A stretch of 64,000 bases of DNA, from contig NC_068989.1 in the NCBI RefSeq assembly GCF_001194135.2, positions 10,248,645 to 10,312,644 on the forward strand, given 5' to 3'. This document shows, piece after piece, positions 1 through 12,500 of this stretch. A program made the position numbers and the translations under genes. Under the pieces are notes generated by a model. It was not told where the DNA came from and did not search any database. It worked only from the letters and a program-made list of their open reading frames with translations. The first letter of the stretch is position 1. Every line of letters starts with the position of its first letter. The DNA comes from Octopus bimaculoides (Eukaryota).

Positions 1-239
1 TTCATCAGATCCTGTTAAACTAAACAACCCATGCCAGCAAGGAAAAGAGACATTATTTGATGATGATGATGACGACGACAACATTGACAACACACATATG
101 ACATGCTTCTTTGAGTTTCCAGCCACCAAATCTACTCACAAAGCTTTGGTTGGCACAGGGCTCTAACAGGAGATGCAATAAAGAAGAGGAGGTGAATATC
201 CTAGCGGTACACAAGTTACACCAACAGAATTGACCAAAG

Positions 240-560
240 ATATTAAAGAAGTTTCTTATCCAAATGAGTGAGGAAGAGCTTGGAAACATCCCTGACATGA
301 TTAAACTGCATCCAGCTGTTTGTGATTGTGAATAGGAAGAGCTCGTGTGCCACATTTGTGGAAACACCAACCACCTAAGAGCCTTCTGCCTATAGCAGAA
401 GGAAAAAAGGACAAAACGTGTACAGATGTCCAGTCCACAATCACAACAACAACATCAGCAATAACACCAACAATACAACACTGCAACAGCAACACCAGCA
501 GCAACAGAAACCACCAAAACAGCAACAGCATCAGAGCCTACCACCACGACCAAAAGTGAG
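240..560 (+). mobile_element. Decayed non-LTR retrotransposon ORF1 (Tx1/L1-like) fragment with gag-type zinc knuckle
   Basis: 348-389 translates CHICGNTNHLRAFC (CX2CX4HX4C). It is preceded, with stops/frameshift, by LGNIPDMIKL..QLFVIVNRK and followed by a T/A/P/Q-rich low-complexity tail. Clade assignment is from recollection of ORF1 motifs. Confidence 0.6.
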
Positions 561-1536
561 CTCAATCAACCCTCATCTATGACTGCTCCTTATTTTATTG
601 ACCTTAAAGGGATGAAAAGCATAGTTTACCTTAATGAGATTTAAACCTAGATGAGAAATTGATATAATTAAATATCATCAAGTAGTTTGGCACTGAAGCC
701 ATTTTGCCTCTCTACTGCCTAATTATAAAAATAATTATTATTATGATTATAGTAATAGCCACTTGAATTCCTAGGTTTCTGGTATTCTTAATAATTATCA
801 AGAAATTAACACAAAGAATGTGGAAAGAGAATAATTAATACTATCAACAAGTAGGACCCCATAGTTTAAGAAAGATGGTTTTAGGAAACAGTTACTACCA
901 AAACACACACATACATGCACAAAGGAACTTTGACCGAAACTAAACACACAAAACATTTCAATACATGTTGAGCCAGAACCACAGATCATTCTGTAAATAC
1001 TAAGATGTACAAAAAGAGTTAACCAAGGTTAGGTTGGAATGGTATTAATAAAGAAAAACATTATATAAATTACAGGAAACATGAAAATGTCTAAGTCAGT
1101 GAGTGTAATAAAAAAAAGCTTGCGGGGGTTATACATATGATAGTATTTTTCAAAGTTAACGCTTCTTGTTGTTGTTGTCGTTGGCGGTGGTGATGATGGT
1201 GGTGTATTTTTCATCAGCAAGCGCTATTAGTCCAGGAATGAAAACCTTGCCAACCATGTGTGAATATAGTTTACACTTACTCTTTTACAGCCTAATGGAA
1301 TTCTCAAGTAATACAATTTTTTTTTTTTTTTACAATATCTATGGTGTAATATTTCATAAAAAAAAAAAATTATAAATTAAATTTTAAGAATGGAACACAA
1401 TATAACCATCAACATGTTAAGGAAAGACAATAACAGGTAGACAATATATTAAATAGTCATTCCTTTATTAAAGAAAGGATGCAATAAAATATCTTTACTA
1501 TAGAGTAATCGATATAAAAGTGACAATACAGAAATT

Positions 1537-1583
<47 letters not shown>

Positions 1584-1698
1584 AGAGAGAGAGAGAACGA
1601 GAAGTTGGGTACAGGTAAAGAGAGATGATCACAAGAAGGGAAACAAAAGGCAGAAAAATAAGCATCTTCAGTTTTCAACAAGTATAATAATAATAATA

Positions 1699-1735
<37 letters not shown>

Positions 1736-1816
1736 TAAAACTGAATATGAAACTACATTGACATTGGAGAAGCAAAAAAAAAAGGAAATCAATTGAAGCA
1801 CTTAAGAGACTAACTT

Positions 1817-2413
1817 NNNNNNNNNNNNNNNNNNNNNNNNNNNNNNNNNNNNNNNNNNNNNNNNNNNNNNNNNNNNNNNNNNNNNNNNNNNNNNNNNNNN
1901 NNNNNNNNNNNNNNNNNNNNNNNNNNNNNNNNNNNNNNNNNNNNNNNNNNNNNNNNNNNNNNNNNNNNNNNNNNNNNNNNNNNNNNNNNNNNNNNNNNNN
2001 NNNNNNNNNNNNNNNNNNNNNNNNNNNNNNNNNNNNNNNNNNNNNNNNNNNNNNNNNNNNNNNNNNNNNNNNNNNNNNNNNNNNNNNNNNNNNNNNNNNN
2101 NNNNNNNNNNNNNNNNNNNNNNNNNNNNNNNNNNNNNNNNNNNNNNNNNNNNNNNNNNNNNNNNNNNNNNNNNNNNNNNNNNNNNNNNNNNNNNNNNNNN
2201 NNNNNNNNNNNNNNNNNNNNNNNNNNNNNNNNNNNNNNNNNNNNNNNNNNNNNNNNNNNNNNNNNNNNNNNNNNNNNNNNNNNNNNNNNNNNNNNNNNNN
2301 NNNNNNNNNNNNNNNNNNNNNNNNNNNNNNNNNNNNNNNNNNNNNNNNNNNNNNNNNNNNNNNNNNNNNNNNNNNNNNNNNNNNNNNNNNNNNNNNNNNN
2401 NNNNNNNNNNNNN
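1817..2413. other. Assembly gap (597 N)
   Basis: Run of N. Confidence 1.
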
Positions 2414-2725
2414 AGAACGGTAGGGGAGGAAGAGGTTTGCTCGTAGGGGTGAGTTGCATAGCAATTTTGAAAAACTATTATTAAACTTCCACTTTTATAT
2501 GAGCAATTTATCATAAAAGCTGATAACTCAGCAATTTGTCTTTCAAAAACAAAAATGACAAAGAAAAAGCTGTTAAAATCTAAAATTAATAGATATATAA
2601 ATTGTTGCACACAAACGTAGTAAACAACAGTTTATTCTTTATTATTTTTTCTTTTATCATATATTATAATCCTTCAGAACCATTGACTGAGATTTATGTC
2701 AGAAATTTAAGTGCTACATATAATT

Positions 2726-2772
<47 letters not shown>

Positions 2773-4253
2773 AAACTAAAATGATATATAAACTTTTAGT
2801 TTAGTATGTATGTATATGTATGTATGTATGTGTGTGTATTATAAATAAATTACATGTATAATTATATGTATGTTCATGTATGTATGTGCACACATGCATG
2901 CACACATGCATGCACACATAACACTAAAATTTTATATATATTTGTAAAATTTTAGTTTATTTTCAGTATAAATAATTAAAGAATTTTGTGAAGAAAAGAG
3001 ACGATATCAAAGAGCAATTGAAAATATTAAAATATTTGAATTGAAAAAATTGAGATCTCTATCATTAGTTACCATTATAGATTCAGACAAAATTTATTTC
3101 TTTATTTCGTTGTTTTTTTTGTTTTTTTTTTGTTTTTTTTTTTTCAAACACACATTAAATATTGACAAATTTGCTTGGGTAACAAAAAGAAAAATAACAA
3201 AAAGACATATTGGAAAATGAGGATATTGCCATTGGTGTTGTTAAAGCTATTTTATCCAACACTTAGCACTGCAGATCTAGACTGAAAAAGTCAATAACAA
3301 TTTATTTAATGTTTTACCAAATATGATTGATGGTAATTGGAGGAGGTGGTGGGGGGAGTAAATCACATCTATTTCATATCATTATTGATATGTGCCTTCA
3401 ATTCTAGAATTACAAAGGAAAGACAATCATAGAGAAAAAAAAACAGCATAAAAAACAAAAACAAAAAAAAACAATGTGGTTCCAGGTTTGATCCTGCTAT
3501 AAGTATGCGTGTTCGAAAATGTTTACAACCCTAGTGCTGCTTTTAATTTATATTTCAATCTATTCTTACAAATGCACCGTCCAGGCAAACCAGCATATAG
3601 TTTTTTTACACTATTCGCTGATTAGTCATGGACTGGTGATTCAGTTCGCCTCCAATTCTCAGTTCAGGCATGTGATACTGATAAACCACAAAAATGACGA
3701 AACCAGTATCCATCACTCCTGAATGGTATTTGGGTGAGTTGTCTCATCTATCTATGGCTTTCAGGTGCTTTGATGGAGTCATCTACACTGTGCCAAATTG
3801 CAGCCTACCAGTGAATAAGCAAAACACATACATTGAGTATGTGTGTTCAATAATGCGTGCGTGTGTGTGTGTGTGTGTGTGTGTGCACACGCATGCATGC
3901 ATGCAAACATGGATACACATTTGTGTTTATGTATTTAGGTTGGTGTTTTCACCAGTTTAAAAAGATTGTGTCCTTCTATGTTTTATCTTTTACTCGCTTC
4001 AGTCACTAGACTGCGGCCATGCTGAGACTCCACTTATGTATGATTCAGAGATTGCTACATAATTATCATATTAAGAAGGAGTTTTTTTTTGTTTTTTTTG
4101 TCTTTTCATTGGACAACTTAACTACTGTAATGTTGTAAACTAAAATAACCTTCAGCAGTTTCTTTGGCTGTTTAATTATTATAAAAATGGAATATCAAAC
4201 AGCTCCGAGAGACAAAGAAGAAGTATAGAAGACAGAATTGTAAGAAATAAGTG

Positions 4254-4621
4254 ATGCAGGCATGGTGGTGTGGTTAAGAAGCTTGCTTTGTAACCAGGTG
4301 ATTTCAGGTTCGGTCCCATTGCACGGCATTTAGGGTAAGAGCTTTTTCTATAACCCTGAACCCACCAATGCCTTGTGAGTGAATTTGGTGAACAAAAACT
4401 GTGTATGTATGTGTATGTGTGTTTTGTATTTTCCTTTCACTGCTTAACAACCACTGTTGGATTGTTTACATCCTCATAACTTAGCAGTTCAGCAAAAGAG
4501 AACAACAGAATAAGCATCAAGTTTAAGACGAATAGGTACTGAGGTTGGTTTGTTTGACTAAACCCTTCAAGGTGGTGCTCCAGCATGGTTGCACACCAAT
4601 GACTGAGGCAAGTGAAAGATA
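4254..4621 (+). mobile_element. SINE family A, degenerate copy
   Basis: tRNA-like head (GGTGTGGTTAAG..GGTTCGGTCCC), TG hinge and 3' half ending GCTCCAGCATGG..GACTGAGGCAAGTGAAAGA; matches 36291-36746. Confidence 0.8.
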
Positions 4622-4833
4622 TCGAGATTATTTAAATGCTAGAGACGAAAACTTAAAACTAGAATTGTTGAATTTAATTTCCTAGTGTTAAGATTGTATA
4701 ATATCCATTGTTTCACTCATAAGACATTAATTCTATACACAACATTTTGGGATCCAGAATTCATAAATTAATAACAATGGTACCAAAACTCTGAGGGATT
4801 TCAAGAACTGATACGTAACTTCATCACCCAGCA

Positions 4834-5227
4834 AGCAATGTGAGACCGTAGCTGTGGCTTATGTCAGTGTCGCATAACCAGCCCACTGGGCAATAAACTA
4901 TGCTTGAGAAGACTTGTTGAGTCAAGTGAAATCATTGTTGTGGCCGATGCCAGTACCGCATGACTGGTACCTGTGCTGGTGGCACATAAAAAGCATGATT
5001 TGTGTATGGTTGATGCCAGTACGGCCTGACTGGCCCTCATACTGGTGGCACATAAAAAGCACCCACTATACTCTCGGAGTGGTTGGCATTAGGAAGGGCA
5101 TCTAGCTGTAGAAACCTTGCCAGATCAGATTGGGGCCTGGTGCAACCTCCTGGCTTGCCAGTCCTCATCCAAACCGTCCAACCCATGCTAGCATGGAAAG
5201 CGGATGTTAAACGATTATGATGATGAT
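4834..5227 (+). mobile_element. Retroposon family D (GGCACATAAAAAGCACC subrepeats, AGGAAGGGCATC motif, (GAT)n tail)
   Basis: Shares body and 3' end CCATGCTAGCATGGAAAGCGGATGTTAAACGATTATGATG with copies at 8841-9156(-), 21085-21546, 22545-22797, 35085-35358 and 62673-62897(-). Confidence 0.85.
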
Positions 5228-5309
5228 GGTTTTCAGTGGATAAGATATAAATGTCTTACTGGATAAAACGCCAGTCTCAGACATTTCCAAAATGGCTATG
5301 TACTTATTC

Positions 5310-5660
5310 TTGGACAGCAATCTTATTTAACGTGCTTCAGTCAGTGGACTACAGCCATGCTGGTGCACAAGCAGTACTTATTTTTCTTAAAAGTCTAATA
5401 TTTATTCTACTAGATCCTTATGTCAAATGGTGGTAGTGGGGACAAACACAGACAGACATTTATGTATGTGTGTGCATGTGTGTGTGTGTGTGTGCGTGCA
5501 TGCACATGTGCCTGCATACATGAGGCTTCCACGCAGTTTCCATCTCCCAAATTTATTCACCTGGAGCCTTAGCAGAAGACACTTGCCCAAGGTGCTATGC
5601 TGTGGAACCAAACCCAAAACCACATGGTTGCATACTGAGCTTTGTCACCACATAGCCATG
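5310..5660 (-). mobile_element. SINE family A, degenerate copy
   Basis: AGAAGACACTTGCCCAAGGTG..CACCACATAGCCATGCC is the reverse complement of the family A head; a degenerate 3' half lies at 5310-5460. Confidence 0.75.
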
Positions 5661-7080
5661 CCTGGTTGGGGGGGGGGGGTCTTTTTATTAAGAGAGTGAA
5701 AAAAAAAAGAAAGAAAGCAGTGACCATGACCTGCATTAACACACCCACCCAATCACTCATCACTCACTGAACAGCAAGAACAAAATGTGGAATGCATCGT
5801 AAATTTACATATCTTTCTTCCACCGATGAATTTTTATGTAGTTCTTAAACACACAATGTAACGCCTGCGGAGACTTTCCTGCCGAAGATCTATGAATGAA
5901 CATACAATATTCACTTGGTCGTTATGCTTCCACAGAATTTGATTACATATTTGACTGAACAAATAATTACATTGAGCCCATAGATAACTAACGGAAAACT
6001 AATGAAATATCAAAGCGGTAACAGGGATTTATGATAAACAAACAAAAATGTGATCTAAATATTATAGTAAGTTAAAAATACACATTCCCATCAGATCACA
6101 AAAGAAAACAAAATTACGTCTTATTTCTTTTTTTTTGACTATGAGAATTTTGTGTTTGAAGGCGAAAATATTGTTACTTTTTTTTTGTTGATGTTTCTTT
6201 TTTTTTTTTTCTCACAAGTTGGGAGTGTTCCAGGTTAACGTGATTTGATTTAACACGCCATACTTCCTACCGAATAGTAACAAGCAATCCTAGCCAAGAC
6301 ACTTTCCCAAGTGGCTAAAAATTTCACAATAGTCTAACCATCGCAAGCATGGAAAAACAGGCTTGTTGTTGTTGTTGTTGATGATGATGAATTAAAAACA
6401 CTGTAATGGAGACACCCACCAGCACTTCTAACACAACCAGCATTACCAAAGTAACTATATAGATATAAACAAATAACTTTTTTTTTTTAAATAACCAAAA
6501 TTCTTGAAAAAAAAAGAATAAACAGTTTCTGATTTAGGTACACAATTTTTAGGGAAAGGTTCAGTTGATATCATTGGCCCCCTAGTACTTCACTGGTACT
6601 TTATTTTATTGACCCCAAAAGGATGAAATACAAAGTTGAACTTACACATACATACACACATTCTTCTACTTCTCCTTTTTTACATCTTACTTTACCAAGC
6701 CGATATGGATTGAGTGGGGTCATTATAGTCCCTGTCATCCAGCATACACAGTAACAGAAAACCAAACAACTTTGGTGTTACGTATTTTATAAGAACATGC
6801 TTTATCACACCATTGGCCTTAGGCAGGACTTTCTTTGTAGGGGAAGCTAAAGGATGCCCTCTACTCTGCATCATTTCTCATTTGGAATTACTGCCTCCCT
6901 AGATGGTAGTCTGCAATGTTACTTGACGAGTCCCTGTCCCATATATAATATTTTTAACAAGTTTTCTATGGTCAGATGCCCTTCTTATCACAACTACTTT
7001 ACTCTGTACTAGATGCACCTTCTAATGCCACTAGGACACGAGAGACTGTCCCATTTAAAGGAAATTAAGTGACCCTCTGT

Positions 7081-7335
7081 GAAGGCTCAGGGTTTAGTGA
7101 TACAGATGTTGCACTCATAAGCATTAGGTCATGATTTGGATTCCCAGACCAGGCAGTGTGTTGTGTTCTTGAGCAAAACACTTTCGTTTCACATTGCTCC
7201 AGTTCACTAATTTGCAAAATAAGTTATAGTAATAGATGGGAAGTTAAACCTGCAACAGACCAGTGTCCTGTGCAAGAGGGAACATTGTAACCTCAGCTGT
7301 ACATATGCCATGGGGGTCAGGTTAAACTCTAGCCA
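7081..7335 (+). mobile_element. SINE family E, degenerate copy
   Basis: GTGTTGTGTTCTTGAGCAAAACACTTTCGTTTCACATTGCTCCAGTTCACT core shared with 20306-20652. Confidence 0.7.
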
Positions 7336-7564
7336 TGAGTCTGTCATAACAGACCTAAAAGGAACCTTCTACCTTGTTGGGCGGTTTTACATTATCACTT
7401 CTTAATGACAAAAAATAAATAATAATAATAATAATAATAGTAATATTGTATTTTGGGATGGTCATTTTCTTCTTTTTTTTTTTGCCAAATAAACACACGC
7501 ACTATGTATTTTTTTCTTCACTCATTTATTATTGTTCTGATTTTATTATTTTCACTCATTTACT

Positions 7565-7888
7565 TATTTCATTGAGCCCAAAAGGATGAAAGGCAAAGTT
7601 GACCTCGGCAGAATTTGAACTCAGGAAGTAACGGCAGACGAAATACCGCTAAGCATTTCGCCCAGCATGCTAACGCTTCTACCAGCTCACCACCTTAACT
7701 ATTTCAAATTTTTGCCACACATCAGCTTGGGGAATGTGGGGATTTGTCGATTACATCAACCAAAGTATGTAACTGGTACTTATGTAATTGACCCAAAAGG
7801 ATGAAAGGCAAAGTTGACCTCAGCAGAATTTGAACTCAGAACATGGCAGCAGGCATTTCGCCCAGTGCACTAACGATTCTGCCAGTTC
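7565..7888 (-). mobile_element. SINE family C (Deu/Nin-domain-like), head-to-tail dimer
   Basis: Two successive copies of AAAGGATGAAAGGCAAAGTTGACCTC..GAATTTGAACTCAG..GCATTTCGCCCAG; the second copy retains its 3' tail. Confidence 0.85.
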
Positions 7889-8143
7889 ACTGCCTTTTTT
7901 AATAATACTAATAATAACAACAGAAACTGATAGTATTAGAAGATTAAGAACAGAAAAGAAGGTGAATACAAATATCTGATGATAAAAATGAGAGGAAATG
8001 GTAATTTTATCTATGCATCAGCTGTGATCTGCACCTGTGCACCCAACTCAACTCCTTCAACATTCCTGTAGTATGGCAGCAGTCTGTCTGCTGCCAGACC
8101 CTAAAACAAACTTTATATAACAACCAGCAACTACAGGAACATA

Positions 8144-8186
<43 letters not shown>

Positions 8187-8840
8187 TGCATCACTTTGTT
8201 TAGAGACGAGATTAAATAGATTATTATATGATAATTATTTCCATTTTAATAAGTTATTTATGCTTTAAACTATGTATGAATTAAAATGAGATTTCATTTT
8301 TATTCTTTTAAATGAAGTAAGTTTAAACACAAAAAATTTTAATTATTGACAGTAATAATAAAGCCACAAAAATGGACACTTAATTTAAGAACATTTCATA
8401 TTATTTAACAGAGTGCAAATATGTGATTCAATAAAAAAAATACTAATGAAATTTTTTTCCATATAAAGTGTATGCATTTCTTGATAGAATTAAATATTTT
8501 ATTTAATGGAAAATATATATATATACATATGTATATATACATATATATACATACACACACTGAAGGACGACGGGAATATCATAAGAGGGACCAGCCTCCT
8601 CTGTCAGTTCATAGCATCCATCTTTCCGGTGTCTGTTCCTAAAGAGGAGATAAGCACTCTGAAATGCATGCATCCAACCGTCCGGTTAGGGGGCGCTGTG
8701 AGCTGACTTGATATGTTTACACCGTTCTCTTTACAGCAAAGAGATTTTCTCCATGACAATATACAGTGAATAGCTTTCTTGTGGGTCTGAATATGCCTCA
8801 ACCATATTTGAACTGGTAACAAGTTTATTTATATACATAT

Positions 8841-9153
8841 ATCATCATCATCTTTTAACGTCTGCTTTCCATGCTGGCATGAGTTGGACAGTTTGACTGA
8901 GGACTGGCAAACCAGGAGGCTGCACTAAGCTCCAATCTGTTCTGGCAATGTTTCTACAGTTGGATGGTCTTCCTAATGCCAACCCCTCTGAGAGTGTAGT
9001 GGGTGATTTTTGCATGCCACTGGCATGGGGGCCAGTCCAGCCGCGCTGGCATCAACCACACTCGAACGGTGCTTTTTACTTGCCACTGGCACAGGAGCCA
9101 GTCAGGCAGCACTGGCATCAACCATGTTCGAATGGTGCTTTTTACATGCCACT

Positions 9154-9156
<3 letters not shown>
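8841..9156 (-). mobile_element. Retroposon family D
   Basis: (ATC)n then TTTAACGTCTGCTTTCCATGCTGGCATG..GGTGCTTTTTACATGCCAC, the reverse complement of family D. Confidence 0.85.
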
Positions 9157-9210
<54 letters not shown>

Positions 9211-9224
9211 TATTATGATTGACC

Positions 9225-9410
9225 GTTGACTGAACACTATTCAATTTTTTTTCTCCGTGTTTTTCTCCTTGTCTCCGTATTCTTTCTGTTGAAGAGCGTA
9301 GCTCGAAACGTCAAAGACTTTCCGTATTCCCGAGCGTCATACTAATATATACTTTTGTTATTTACACCACCTGTCCTCGTCTGTTGTTATTATTTGTATA
9401 TTCTCCCATA
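9225..9410 (+). mobile_element. Penelope-like element (PLE) terminal-repeat fragment
   Basis: Carries the CTG.TGA A...CGAAACGTC signature typical of PLE pseudo-LTRs, between (TA)n tracts. Confidence 0.65.
9281..9317 (+). ncRNA. Minimal type I hammerhead ribozyme motif (PLE-type, variant core)
   Basis: TCTTT (stem I, 9281-9285) - CTGTTGA - A - GAGC/GTA/GCTC (stem II) - GAAAC - GTC (cleavage triplet, 9310-9312) - AAAGA (stem I', 9313-9317). Stem III is the palindromic ACGT with no loop. Confidence 0.65.
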
Positions 9411-9749
9411 TATATATGTATATATATATAACCAGTGTTGGTGTGTTTATGTCCCCATAACTAAGCAATTCAGCAAAAGTGGCCTGATAGAATAAGTACT
9501 AAGTACTGGAGTCAATTCATTTGACTAAAATTCTTCAAGGCAGTGCCCCAGCATGGCCTCAGTCCAACGACTAAAACAAATAAATGATAACAGCTGTCTT
9601 AGAGTGCTGGATGTTCATATCCTTATAGAATATTTTAAAAGTAATTTACAGACAAGTGGCATAAGTTAAGTAGGATGGATCAACTGGAAACAGAAGCTGC
9701 ATCACAAACTCAGCTCAAATGGAAACTGAAGCTGCATCACAAACTCAGC

Positions 9750-9885
9750 TCATTTTTGCCAGCTGAGTGGCCTGGAGCAACGTGAAATAAAGTGTCTTGC
9801 TCAAGGACACAACGCATCACCGGGAATCGAACTCACGACCTTGTGATTGTGAGCCGAATACCCTAACCACCAAGCCACACAGCTT
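9750..9885 (-). mobile_element. SINE family E, 5' part
   Basis: CTGGAGCAACGTGAAATAAAGTGTCTTGCTCAAGGACACAAC..GGGAATCGAACTC..CCTAACCAC: tRNA head with A/B boxes on the minus strand. Confidence 0.8.
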
Positions 9886-11060
9886 CATATAACATAAGAA
9901 ATGTAGCAATAAATCTTCACGTGTGGTGATGATTATAAAATGATATTGTAAATGAATTTTGCACAGTGGATACAAAATGTCACAGCTCTTTCTGGTTTGA
10001 ATAAATGAAGGATATTATAAATATAAAAAAATAGCAAAGAAAATCATACACAAGTGAGTATACATATATATATATATATATATACACGCACACGTACGTG
10101 CATGCACACACACACACACACACACTGATACCCATGTCAAATTCTTTAATTTAGTAACCATATCAAAAATGTTTACATTTCTCATGAAAAAATAAACGTA
10201 TCAGAAATAAAACAAAATTAAATTAGAATAAAAAAAACTAAAAAACTGATCTAAATAAAAGATACAAACAATACCCTTTTTTCTCAATAAAAAGATTTAC
10301 ATTTTCTCTCTTTTTTTTTCTAGTAGTGTAAATGTGTATTTTGTTTTGTTATGAGGCGGTTTTGTTTTTTTTTTACATTTATAGTAGTGTAGCTGAGAAG
10401 AATTTAAACAATAATATAAATTGAACTGATTTACTTACTTCAGTCACATTCATAACTTTAATAGCAGCGAGTTGCCCAGTTTTAGTATGGCGACCCTACA
10501 AAAAAAAAAAGCAAAAACAACAATGAGTACACATGAGCATCATTTGGCAAATATGTGATTCAAATCAATATCATATTAAAAACACAAAACATGACAAAAA
10601 TGTAGAGACAAAGATATTTAGATAAGAACAAAGAGTCGGGAGAACTCTTTCCACTTTTTATAATCATACATTGGAGAATAATTCAATTAAATGAGAGGAA
10701 ACAAAAAAATAATTCAAAATGATAATTGTGTGTAGTAACTACAAGACAATATAACTTTATTGCTACTGTTTTGTACTAGGTTACCTAGTAACACGCTACA
10801 GTGAGGATAAGGTGGAATGGTTAAGTATGTGACATTTTATGACAATGAAAAATGGGCTATACAATCAGAAGAATTGAAATAATTGGTAAAGCACAAATGA
10901 ATTGCGCATGATCAGTTGAATGTACAATATAGCCTTGAGAGAAAGGTTCAGCATAGAATTTTAAAAAAAAAAGAAAACTGGACACTTAAAATGTGTTTGC
11001 TAGTACAACTGCACTAAGTATGCTGTCATGTATAAACTGGTGTGAGTACATGCTGAATGG

Positions 11061-11459
11061 GTGGTGGCACAATGGCCCAGTGGTTAGGGCAGCGGACTCG
11101 CGGTCATAGGATCGCAATTTCAATTCCCAGACCGGGCGTTGTGAGTGTTTATTGAGCGAAAACACCTAAAGCTCCACGAGGCTCCGGCAGGGGATGGTGG
11201 CGAACCCCGCTGTACTCTTTCACCACAACTTTCTCTCACTCTTACTTCCTGTTTCTGTTGTGCCTGTAATTCAAAGAGTCAGCCTTGTCACACTCTGTGT
11301 CACGCTGAATATCCCCGAGAACTACGTTAAGGGTACATGTGTCTGTGGAGTGCTCAGCCACTTGCACGTTAATTTCACGAGCAGGCTGTTCCGTTGATCA
11401 GATCAACTGGAACCCTCGATGTCGTAAGCGACAGAGTGCCAACAACAACAACAACAACA
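11061..11459 (+). mobile_element. SINE family B, full length with 12-bp TSD
   Basis: tRNA-like head TGGCCCAGTGGTTAG..TTTCAATTCCC, unique body, (AAC)n tail; TSD ACATGCTGAATG at 11049-11060 and 11460-11471. Confidence 0.92.
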
Positions 11460-12209
11460 ACATGCTGAATGAAGAAAAGACACAAGCAGGAAAGTATGTA
11501 CAAGAAATGTCTAACTTCATAAAATGTTTATCCAAGTTTATTTGCCTCAAGTTATGTCATACTGATGATTCCAGAAAAGGATGAAATAGCACTATACGTG
11601 GCTACCAACATCTAGAAACTTTGAGGTCTTTAGAATGTGTAAAAAAAATTTTAAATGTGTAAATTCTGTATACTCTCTTTACTCTTTGACGTAAATGTCA
11701 GACTTTGAAATCCACTACAACTTAGCTAAATCTAGAAGGGATTGTCTCCCTAATCATAGCTGGCCACAAGGGGCACACCACATTTGTTATACAGGATCAG
11801 TATAGAGCAAGAAATAACTGGAATGAAGTGGCTTGATCAGAGCAAAGAAGGTTCAACATCTTTCCGATTAAAGAAAGCAAAATACTCAAAACTTCATAAG
11901 AAAATAAACAGTGAAAAGATGCTGAACTATAGATCAGTTTAACCAGATTCAACATAATTAAACTGATGGTGATATTAATATGTACATGCGTCACTATGCT
12001 ATAGGGTTGGCCAAAAGTCACCCAACAGTAAATCAAAATTCCAGAAATACTTAATATTCAATTTTATTTATTCATTCTAATTATGAATGTTTAATAATTG
12101 AATGATGTGAGTTAAAATCACCTTTCTTTTTCTTTTTTTTTTCAACATTTGTCTATTTATTAGCAAAGTCTCATATAAAATGATATTTCCTTCTAATCTT
12201 GGAATTATT

Positions 12210-12301
12210 CTATCAGCCTCTTTTGCTGAACTGCTAAGTTACAGGGATGCAAACACACCAACATCGGTTGTCAAGCGATGGTGGGGAGGACACATACACA
12301 T

Positions 12302-12346
<45 letters not shown>

Positions 12347-12500
12347 ATGGGCTTCTTTCAGTTTCCATCTACCAAATCCACTCACAAGACTTTGGTCAGC
12401 CTGAAGCTATAGTAGAAGACACTTGCCCAAAGGTGCCACACAGTGGGACTGAACCCAGAACCATGTGGTTGGGAAGCAAGCTTCTTACCACACAGCCAGC
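12210..12500 (-). mobile_element. SINE family A (3'-truncated)
   Basis: GGCTTCTTTCAGTTTCCATCTACCAAATCCACTCACAAG..GACACTTGCCCAAAGGTGCC..CTTACCACACAGCC with (TA)n hinge. Confidence 0.9.

Noticed and set aside
1029-1220. Hydrophobic minus ORF (..LDIFMFPVIYIMFFF..) resembling a last TM helix of a Cys-loop receptor or GPCR
   Set aside because: Antisense of A-rich DNA gives F/I/L-rich text by default; no upstream exons with family motifs were found.
8560-8820. GC-richer segment with a SAP*PDGW stretch resembling LINE KAPGPDG
   Set aside because: Single broken motif without neighbouring RT motifs; left unassigned.
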